Shown piece after piece: positions 6,187 to 12,022 of a DNA stretch of 12,022 bases. The DNA is taken from contig JBBCAV010000206.1 in NCBI GenBank assembly GCA_051382305.1, positions 1 through 12,022 on the forward strand. The letters run 5' to 3'. The position numbers and the translations under genes were made by a program. This stretch comes from Bdellovibrionota bacterium FG-2. Its GTDB lineage: Bacteria; Bdellovibrionota; UBA1018. Below the pieces are notes generated by a model that searched no databases, had not been told where the DNA came from, and was given only the letters and a program-made list of their open reading frames with translations. The stretch's first letter is position 1; every line of letters starts with the position of its first letter.

Positions 6187-7299
6187 ATGAAGAAACAAAA
6201 AGACGTTAAGAAGAAGATTCTGTCACAAGCTGTGACAGAAATGGGTGCGGTCCTCGGCTATGCTACTTTTCTGTCTGAAATTAAGGCACGTGTAGCAGCG
6301 GCACAAACACGTGCCACAATGGCCGTCAATCGCGAGATGCTTGCCCTCTATTGGCACATCGGTCGTTCCATTATTGAGCGGCAAAAGACAGAAAAGTGGG
6401 GCTCTTCTGTTATCGAACGTTTCGCGACCGATATGCAAAAAGCATTTCCAGGAATCGAAGGTTTTTCGGAACGAAACATCTGGAAAATGCGGGCATTTTA
6501 TCTCGCTTACCCAGAAAAACTTAGCCGCACAGCCGCCACCAAGATAAACCACTCATTTCTGCCACAAGCTGTGGCAGAAATACCCTGGGGCCACCAAGTT
6601 GTACTGATCGAAACCGTGAAGTCTTCAAAAGAACGCGATTTTTACGCAAAAATGGCACTCAAAAATGGTTGGTCCAGGGCTATTTTAATGATGCAAATTG
6701 AGAGCGGGCTTGCTGCGAGACAAGGAAAAGCGATCACCAATTTCAAGAACACCATTCTTCCACCGCATTCCGATATGGCCCAACAATCGCTCAAAGACCC
6801 GTATGTTTTTGACTTTCTAACCTTGGCTACTGATGCACAAGAGCATGAGTTTGAACAAGGGTTGATGAATCATGTCCAGAAGTTCCTGCTGGAACTTGGG
6901 GTAGGCTTTGCATTCGTTGGACGCCAGGTTCACCTTAAGGTCGGCAAGAAGGATTACTACGTCGATTTGCTGTTCTATCACCTAACGCTTCGCCGTTTTT
7001 TTGTAATCGAGCTAAAGACAAAGGCTTTTGAGCCGGAGTTTGCGGGAAAAATGAACTTCTATCTTTCGGCGGTTGACGACAAGTTCAAGCACCCCGATGA
7101 TCAACCCAGCATAGGACTGCTACTTTGTAAGTCAAAGGACAAGTTTGAGGTTGAATACGCCTTGAGGAGGGTGAGCTCACCCATCAGTGTTTCCGCATGG
7201 GAGACTCGGTTGGTCGAATCATTACCCAAGGAGCTGAAGGCAAGTTTGCCAACAGTGAAACAGTTGGAAGAAGAATTCAGTGGAGAGAAAGAGAAGTGA
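6187..7299 (+). CDS. yhcG: YhcG/DUF1016 family PDDEXK nuclease-domain protein
   Basis: Characteristic motifs VNREMLALYWHIG, WGSSVIE, GFSERNIWKMRAFY, IPWGH, LKDPYVFDFL, FLLELGVGFAFVGRQ, DLLFYH, VIELK, GKMNFYL and IGLLLCK. Confidence 0.95.
   Translation: MKKQKDVKKKILSQAVTEMGAVLGYATFLSEIKARVAAAQTRATMAVNREMLALYWHIGRSIIERQKTEKWGSSVIERFATDMQKAFPGIEGFSERNIWKMRAFYLAYPEKLSRTAATKINHSFLPQAVAEIPWGHQVVLIETVKSSKERDFYAKMALKNGWSRAILMMQIESGLAARQGKAITNFKNTILPPHSDMAQQSLKDPYVFDFLTLATDAQEHEFEQGLMNHVQKFLLELGVGFAFVGRQVHLKVGKKDYYVDLLFYHLTLRRFFVIELKTKAFEPEFAGKMNFYLSAVDDKFKHPDDQPSIGLLLCKSKDKFEVEYALRRVSSPISVSAWETRLVESLPKELKASLPTVKQLEEEFSGEKEK
6218..6240. repeat. perfect inverted repeat, copy 1 (TTCTGTCACA-agc-TGTGACAGAA)
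   Basis: 10-bp arms with a 3-nt spacer, inside the yhcG CDS, encoding ILSQAVTE. Confidence 0.9.
6555..6581. repeat. perfect inverted repeat, copy 2 (ATTTCTGCCACA-agc-TGTGGCAGAAAT)
   Basis: 12-bp arms with the same agc spacer, encoding FLPQAVAEI; 23/25 identical to copy 1. Confidence 0.9.
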
Positions 7300-7367
7300 A
7301 CGCATCAGTATTTCCCAGCATTTCGCGAACATTCTTAGAGCACTTTAAGTTGTCGAGATTTTCGCAC

Positions 7368-7402
7368 TTGCTTAACGCAGATGCTTTTCCTACAATAGGA
7401 AA
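7368..7402 (+). promoter_or_regulatory. sigma70 promoter of the U32 gene with a palindrome over the -10
   Basis: TTGCTT (7368-7373), 17 nt, TACAAT (7391-7396). TTTCCTA-caa-TAGGAAA (7386-7402) overlaps the -10 box. Confidence 0.6.
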
Positions 7403-7470
7403 GAACGAGTCGCAAGTACGCAGAATTATTCAGTGTGAATCACCTCCACCAAAATTTTAGAAAGTCCACA

Positions 7471-10107
7471 ATGACCGTCCCCCCCATTGCGCCAAACTTA
7501 AGGCCAAAGGTCTTGCGTCGCCCCGAAATTCTTGCCCCGGCCGGGGACATTGATAGCATGCGCGCGGCCCTTTTCAGTGGGGCCAACGCGGTATTTTTTG
7601 GACTTGATGAGGGCTTTAATGCTCGCTCGCGAGCCAAGAATTTTCCGGTGGCACGTCTTCAGGAAACGGTGGAAATGATACATCGTGCGGGTGCCAAAGC
7701 GTACGTAACAATGAACACGCTTGTTTTTGAAGCCGAACTCCAAGACGCTGAGGACCTTATTCGAGCATGTGCTCGTTGCGGCGTGGATGCTTTGTTAGTG
7801 CAAGATCCGGCCGTTTCGCTGCTGGCCAGAGCGATATGCCCATCGCTTGATCTTCACGCCAGTACTCAAATGACGATTAGTTCAGCCGAAGCTGCTGAAT
7901 TTGCTCGCACCTTGGGAATCAAGCGCGTTGTTATTCCGCGAGAACTCTCGGTTTCAGAAATTGATCACTTCAAGAAGAATACAGACCTCGAAATTGAAGT
8001 CTTCATTCATGGCGCTTTGTGTGTGGCGTGGAGCGGTCAGTGTTTAAGCAGCGAAGTCTGGGGCGGGCGATCGGCAAACCGCGGTCAGTGCGCTCAATCG
8101 TGTCGCATGCCATATGACCTCATCGTCGATGGTAAATTCGTACCGCAGGGTGAAATCAAATATTTTCTAAGCCCAAAGGATTTGGCGGGCTATCGGGCGG
8201 TACCTGCCCTGATGGAAACGGGAGTTCATTCGCTAAAAATCGAAGGCCGTCTTAAGGGACCCGCCTATGTTGCCACAGTGATACGAGGCTTGAGTCATTG
8301 GATGGATGCAATTGTAAATGGGATCGCAGACCAACCTGAACCGCAGCAAGTTTTGGCTAAAGCACTTTCACAAATGATGGTCACTTACTCGCGGGGTTTT
8401 GGTGACGGATTTTTAGCGGGGGTCGATCATCAGAATCTGGTCGATGGGCGATTTCCGCGGCATCGGGGGTATTTAGTCGGGACGGTTCAGCGCGTTCAAG
8501 GAAAACATGTTTGGGTTGAAAAAGGGCCCCTGGCACTAAGGCATTTTGTGCGCGGGAAAACCCTGGCAGGTGTGGTGGCCTCACCGTTGCCGCCTCTTGG
8601 GGGGGCACCGGATTCTTCTACAGGGGCGGCAGTGGCTGATCTGCAAATTCGCCCTGGAATGGGCGTATGCTTTGATGCCGGTAAGCCTGAATCACACGAT
8701 GAGGCCGGAGGCCCCATTTTTGAAACACGCCGCGAGGGATCGACTTGGATTTTAGGTTTTGGAATTCCGGGCCCTGATTTAACTCGAGTTCAAATCGGAG
8801 ATCGAGTTTGGCTTAATAGCGATCCTGAGATTACTCGCTTTGCCAATCAAGCGGCTCAGGGCGAGGTGCGTGAGGGTAAAAATCCACTCGTGTTTCGAAT
8901 AAGCGGCAAAATGGGCGAACCGCTTCGAATTGAAGTTAGGAGTAATCGCTATGGAGAGCTTCTGATCGAGAGTGCCGAATCTTTAGTCGCCGCAAGCGGA
9001 AAGGGCCTGAGCTCGGAGATCATGAGCGAAAAACTTTGTGCGCTCGGAGGAACGCCGTTTTATTTAGAGGCGCTTCAGTTTGCGCTCGAAGGAGATTTGC
9101 ACTTTCCGGTCAGTCAACTCAAAGTACTTCGACGAAAAATCGTCGAAGAATTTGAACGGCGGCTCGCGCTGCCGCGAAAAGATGTCGAGACGGAGCCAGT
9201 TCTTCGCGCACTCAAGGCTAAACCGTTTAGTTTTCCGCGCGCGCAAACTGAAATCCCAGAACTTGTTGTTCTCTGCCGCACGATGGACCAGCTGGAGGCC
9301 GTGATCGCACTTGGCTTCAAAGAAGTCGAGCTGGATTGGATGGAGTTGGTAGGCCTTGGAGAGGCGGTCGATCGAGCGAAAAAGGCTGGCCTCAAAGTGA
9401 CGATCGCCACAATGAGAGTTCAAAAGCCGGGAGAAGATGGATTTGATCGGCGCATCGCCTGCCTTGAACCCGAGGCGGTCCTAGTACGCAATTGGGGCGC
9501 ACTAATGCAGTTTAGAAAAGAGGGCGCGCTCGGCAGGAGGAATCCGATTATTCATGGTGACTTTTCCTTGAATGTGACCAATTCTCTGAGCGCAAAGCAT
9601 GTGCTCGCCTTGGGGCTAGACACTCTGACGGCCGCACATGATTTAAATAGTGAGCAGCTTGTGGCCTTGCTTCGCGAAGTCCCGCCAGCGCTTGTGACGG
9701 TGGTTGTGCATCATCATATTTCAACTTTTCATACCGAGCATTGCGTTTACGCACAGAACCTCTCACCTGGAAAGGATTTTCATTCTTGTGGGCGTCCCTG
9801 CGAAAAACATCGTGTTGCGCTCCGGGACCATCTGGGCAATGAACACCCCGTCGTGGTGGATGTCGGATGTCGAAATACTGTCTTTAATGCGCAGGCTCAA
9901 AGTGCGGCCGCCCTAGTCCCTTCGTTGATCAAGCAAGGCGTAAAGCGGTTCCGAGTTGAATTCGTTTGGGAGTCCGGACATACCGCAACTGATGTTCTGC
10001 AATCTTATCAAGCGCTCCTCATCGGATCGCTCTCAAGCGATGAACTCGTTAGACGGATTGGTGTCTACGAGCAGTTCGGTGTAACGCAAGGAACGATGGC
10101 GCGTTAG
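7471..10107 (+). CDS. long U32-family protein (two U32-like repeats, probable DUF3656 region); RlhA-like Fe-S RNA hydroxylation factor
   Basis: PEILAPAG, LHASTQM, RELS, EVFIHGALCVAWSGQC...SANRGQCAQSCRMPY, LSPKDL and SLKIEGR, plus a second Cys cluster HTEHC...CGRPC...GCRNTVFN. The start is ATG 7471 or GTG 7435. The substrate is inferred from family knowledge. Confidence 0.9.
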   Translation: MTVPPIAPNLRPKVLRRPEILAPAGDIDSMRAALFSGANAVFFGLDEGFNARSRAKNFPVARLQETVEMIHRAGAKAYVTMNTLVFEAELQDAEDLIRACARCGVDALLVQDPAVSLLARAICPSLDLHASTQMTISSAEAAEFARTLGIKRVVIPRELSVSEIDHFKKNTDLEIEVFIHGALCVAWSGQCLSSEVWGGRSANRGQCAQSCRMPYDLIVDGKFVPQGEIKYFLSPKDLAGYRAVPALMETGVHSLKIEGRLKGPAYVATVIRGLSHWMDAIVNGIADQPEPQQVLAKALSQMMVTYSRGFGDGFLAGVDHQNLVDGRFPRHRGYLVGTVQRVQGKHVWVEKGPLALRHFVRGKTLAGVVASPLPPLGGAPDSSTGAAVADLQIRPGMGVCFDAGKPESHDEAGGPIFETRREGSTWILGFGIPGPDLTRVQIGDRVWLNSDPEITRFANQAAQGEVREGKNPLVFRISGKMGEPLRIEVRSNRYGELLIESAESLVAASGKGLSSEIMSEKLCALGGTPFYLEALQFALEGDLHFPVSQLKVLRRKIVEEFERRLALPRKDVETEPVLRALKAKPFSFPRAQTEIPELVVLCRTMDQLEAVIALGFKEVELDWMELVGLGEAVDRAKKAGLKVTIATMRVQKPGEDGFDRRIACLEPEAVLVRNWGALMQFRKEGALGRRNPIIHGDFSLNVTNSLSAKHVLALGLDTLTAAHDLNSEQLVALLREVPPALVTVVVHHHISTFHTEHCVYAQNLSPGKDFHSCGRPCEKHRVALRDHLGNEHPVVVDVGCRNTVFNAQAQSAAALVPSLIKQGVKRFRVEFVWESGHTATDVLQSYQALLIGSLSSDELVRRIGVYEQFGVTQGTMAR

Positions 10108-10277
10108 TAACGCCACATTATGTAACCGGGCACATGATCCACGGTAACATCGGCCGCAGAAGCCGGAGCGCGATCAAAGGATTCGCCTTGCGGGGGAGAA
10201 ACTGACTCTTGCGCGCAGCCCGCGAGAACACAAAACCCCAGAACCAGCACCAAACACAAAGCGTATCGAATAGTCAT
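10104..10277 (-). CDS. 57-aa small lipoprotein (not in ORF track)
   Basis: MTIRYALCLVLVLGFCVLAGCAQESVSPPQGESFDRAPASAADVTVDHVPGYIMWRY*. It has a canonical LAGC lipobox (C21), an AAGGGAG RBS and an upstream sigma28-like promoter. Its stop overlaps the convergent U32 stop. Confidence 0.7.
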   Translation of the reverse strand: MTIRYALCLVLVLGFCVLAGCAQESVSPPQGESFDRAPASAADVTVDHVPGYIMWRY

Positions 10278-11106
10278 AATGGCACTCCCTTTCTTTGGGC
10301 GTATCGGCTTTTCTCGGAAAAAATTGAATTTTTTTATTTATTAAATCCTGAACTACTCCGGTAGTTCCCGGAGGCACCAGGAGCATCGTGTCCAGTTTCG
10401 GACAACGTATTTTCAAAAAATCGGAGAGCTGTTTGTCATCTTGAAACGTCAGGACGGCATCCCTCTTCTGATAGCCAAAATAGGTGAATAGCTCGGAGTT
10501 CGGCACCGAACAGGTTTCACCCGAAGGCGCCCTGAAAATGCAGGAGCGCTTAGAATCCGTAATAGGGGCGTCGCCCATCTTCCACCCGCAATCAAGCAGC
10601 AAGCCCTTGTACTTGGGGATCTCAAAACCACCCTGATTTTTCATGCTGACTTTCTTGGCCTCTTTGAACTCGCCTCCAGAAAAGCTCAGTGGTCGACCCG
10701 TGGTCCCTGAAAAACGCCAAAAATCGCCCGAAGGGACCCGCACTGTGATAGATTCATCAGGAGAAATTTCGTATGTAGGAACGCCGCCTCTTCTCGGAAA
10801 AAGATAAAAGACGCGAGCACCGTTTTCGCTCTTTAAGGCACTAAACGCCAAGAGTTGACCATCGTCTTGAAAATTAAAAGTGCGATTCCCCGCCCCTTTT
10901 TCATCGCCTGCGAAACCCACTGACAGAAGGCACCTCTTAGAGGCGGGTCCATATAGGATTTGAACCTTGACGTCATTCGGTTGAAAAAAATCCTCTTTGC
11001 AAGCGGCTTCACCACCACTAGGCGTCCGTATTGGGGTAACCCCAAAAGCTGTGCTTGAAAGGAGCAGAATTCCTAAAGACACCCAAAAAGGGGTTGACCG
11101 CATCAT
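10174..11106 (-). CDS. exported hypothetical protein, Cys-containing; last ~55 aa possibly read-through
   Basis: Signal peptide MMRSTPFWVSLGILLLSSTAFG and a long open frame. The 3' end runs through an AT-rich tract, a promoter-like motif and 104 nt of the small lipoprotein gene. Confidence 0.75.
   Translation of the reverse strand: MMRSTPFWVSLGILLLSSTAFGVTPIRTPSGGEAACKEDFFQPNDVKVQILYGPASKRCLLSVGFAGDEKGAGNRTFNFQDDGQLLAFSALKSENGARVFYLFPRRGGVPTYEISPDESITVRVPSGDFWRFSGTTGRPLSFSGGEFKEAKKVSMKNQGGFEIPKYKGLLLDCGWKMGDAPITDSKRSCIFRAPSGETCSVPNSELFTYFGYQKRDAVLTFQDDKQLSDFLKIRCPKLDTMLLVPPGTTGVVQDLINKKIQFFPRKADTPKERECHYDYSIRFVFGAGSGVLCSRGLRARVSFSPARRIL
10301..10327 (-). promoter_or_regulatory. FliA/sigma28-like promoter for the small lipoprotein
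   Basis: TCAA (10327-10324), 15 nt, GCCGATAC (10308-10301); the consensus is TAAA-N15-GCCGATAA. Confidence 0.6.
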
Positions 11107-11112
11107 GTTGCC

Positions 11113-11140
11113 TTATCGGCACATCGCAAAAGGAACTAAA
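11113..11140 (-). promoter_or_regulatory. FliA/sigma28-like promoter for the exported protein
   Basis: Perfect -10 GCCGATAA (11120-11113) with a weak -35 TTTAGTT starting at 11140. The -10 ends 6 nt before ATG 11106. Confidence 0.55.
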
Positions 11141-11177
11141 TCTTGCTTTTTGACGCGTCGCATTATATACATAATCC

Positions 11178-11801
11178 ATGTGCGCCCGCCAAAGCCAGGC
11201 AGTCCAACTCGCCCTCACCTTCTGCACCCTGCTCGTGCTCACGCTTTCCGTCCCTTCCGCTTTGGCTGAAGTACTTCTCGTCTACAAAAATAAGAGCGAG
11301 CTCTCCGTTCGAATTGCCACGGAACAAGAACAAAAACGCCACCTCTCCGAAGCAAATGGTTTTTTCTTTGAGAGCGAAGCCACAAAACAGTCCTATGAGC
11401 AAATCACTCACGCCTTATCTCCAGTCGTGGGCGAAGCGGAGGCCAAAAAGGCATTCGCATTCTTGAGTTCACAAACCCAGATCCCATTCTCTATTATTGA
11501 CGACGGCTGCTACGCACGCGCTCACGAGATGGCACTCTTGCTTGAATTAAGAGGAATCCTCAGCAAAAAAGTTTTTGTCTATGGCAAGCTGTTTGCCACA
11601 GGAAAATATGGCTCGGCTCCCTGGAAGTACCACGTCGCTCCGATGGTTCAAGTTCGCCGCGCAAACGGCTTGGTGGAACAAATGATTTTCGATCCCTCGC
11701 TCTTTTCTCAACCCTCACCCCTCCGCGATTGGTTCGCCACTATTGGACAACCCCACTGCCCCGAGGCACACGGAAACACCTTAGGAACTGTAACAAAATA
11801 A
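11178..11801 (+). CDS. secreted protein-glutaminase-domain protein, 3' end interrupted by IS
   Basis: Signal peptide ending A-L-A and a Cys-His-Asp triad in DGCYARAH, WKYHVAP and IFDPSLF. The last codons (GTVTK*) and the stop lie in the putative IS end. Confidence 0.85.
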   Translation: MCARQSQAVQLALTFCTLLVLTLSVPSALAEVLLVYKNKSELSVRIATEQEQKRHLSEANGFFFESEATKQSYEQITHALSPVVGEAEAKKAFAFLSSQTQIPFSIIDDGCYARAHEMALLLELRGILSKKVFVYGKLFATGKYGSAPWKYHVAPMVQVRRANGLVEQMIFDPSLFSQPSPLRDWFATIGQPHCPEAHGNTLGTVTK

Positions 11802-11806
11802 CTGAG

Positions 11807-11852
11807 TGATGTTCACAGTAAACATAGTGTACCGTTTTTTCTGTGAACATCA
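11807..11852. repeat. 12-bp inverted repeat covering the transposase start codon
   Basis: TGATGTTCACAG (11807-11818) pairs with CTGTGAACATCA (11841-11852), which contains GTG 11843. Confidence 0.85.
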
Positions 11853-12022
11853 GTGGTCTTCGTCAGAAGTACCGGGCTATCGCGCCTGCGTTGAGCGAAC
11901 GCAGCCGAAGACTTTGGGCAGCGGCCGAAGCTGTATCCATCGGACACGGCGGTATTGCAAAGGTGGAGCGCGCCACTGATATTTCTCTTTCGACCATTAG
12001 CCGTGGGATCAAGGAATTGGAA
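11843..12022 (+). CDS. ISAzo13-family transposase, N-terminal 60 aa (partial)
   Basis: MNISGLRQKYRAIAPALSERSRRLWAAAEAVSIGHGGIAKVERATDISLSTISRGIKELE matches the family N-terminal pattern L.ER.RRLWAA.EA...G.GGI..V..AT.....TI.RG..EL. The frame is open to the window end. Confidence 0.88.
   Translation, partial: MNISGLRQKYRAIAPALSERSRRLWAAAEAVSIGHGGIAKVERATDISLSTISRGIKELE

Larger units (their letters stand above)
245..7299. mobile_element. degenerate integrative/conjugative element remnant (boundaries approximate)
   Basis: Tyrosine integrase fragment, SSB, lipoprotein, pilin-like gene, VirB3-like stub and DUF1016 nuclease are clustered, with at least two apparent deletion junctions. No att repeats, relaxase or VirB4 were seen. 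Confidence 0.65.
11784..12022 (+). mobile_element. ISAzo13-family insertion sequence, left end (continues beyond window)
   Basis: Putative left end GGAACTGTAACAAAATAA after TTA (or GA... after TAG), followed ~60 nt from the left end by the transposase start. The boundary is uncertain by about 1 nt and the right end is not visible. Confidence 0.8.

Noticed and set aside
6218-6581. CRISPR array interpretation of the paired palindromes
   Set aside because: Only two copies about 340 nt apart, inside an intact CDS, with no cas genes.
7300-7434. attL/attR direct repeat or tRNA target for the element
   Set aside because: By eye I found no repeat shared with positions 1-336 and no tRNA-like sequence; a dot-plot would be needed to exclude a short one.
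7440-9916. Numerous short nested and antisense ORFs within the U32 gene (and similar ones in the SBP, yhcG and glutaminase genes)
   Set aside because: They are off-frame or antisense shadows of well-supported CDSs, with no motif support.
7471-10107. Collagenase/protease function for the U32 protein
   Set aside because: The Cys motifs fit the Fe-S hydroxylation role established for U32 members (RlhA, TrhP, UbiU/V), and there is no signal peptide.
11143-11175. sigma70 promoter for the glutaminase gene (TTGACG...CATAAT)
   Set aside because: The spacer is only 14 nt and alternative pairings are poor, so it cannot be supported.

Overview
The left ~7.3 kb looks like a decayed integrative/conjugative element. 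On the minus strand, one tightly packed run encodes SSB, a glycine-zipper lipoprotein, a VirB2/TrbC-like pilin, and an in-frame chimera (VirB3-like N-terminus joined to the C-terminal half of a sigma54 enhancer-binding protein). It continues with a 76-aa stand-alone HisKA-like protein, a radical SAM/SPASM enzyme, a 118-aa signal-peptide protein with a PqqD/RRE-like helical body and a C-terminal GSGGGGWGQ tail, an orphan family-5 peptide-binding protein and a short membrane-protein stub. On the plus strand lie a 5'-truncated tyrosine integrase and a YhcG/DUF1016 nuclease. The most interesting hypothesis is an intact RiPP-type peptide signalling cassette (maturase, RRE-fused exported precursor, receptor) linked to conjugation and two-component genes. 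The right ~4.7 kb looks host-like. It carries a long U32-family (RlhA-like) Fe-S protein with a sigma70 promoter, two exported proteins with FliA/sigma28-like promoters (one a 57-aa lipoprotein missing from the ORF track), and a protein-glutaminase-domain gene cut by an ISAzo13-family IS that runs off the window. A Bdellovibrionota-like host is inferred only from motif style. All family assignments come from motif recognition by eye; no database searches were run.
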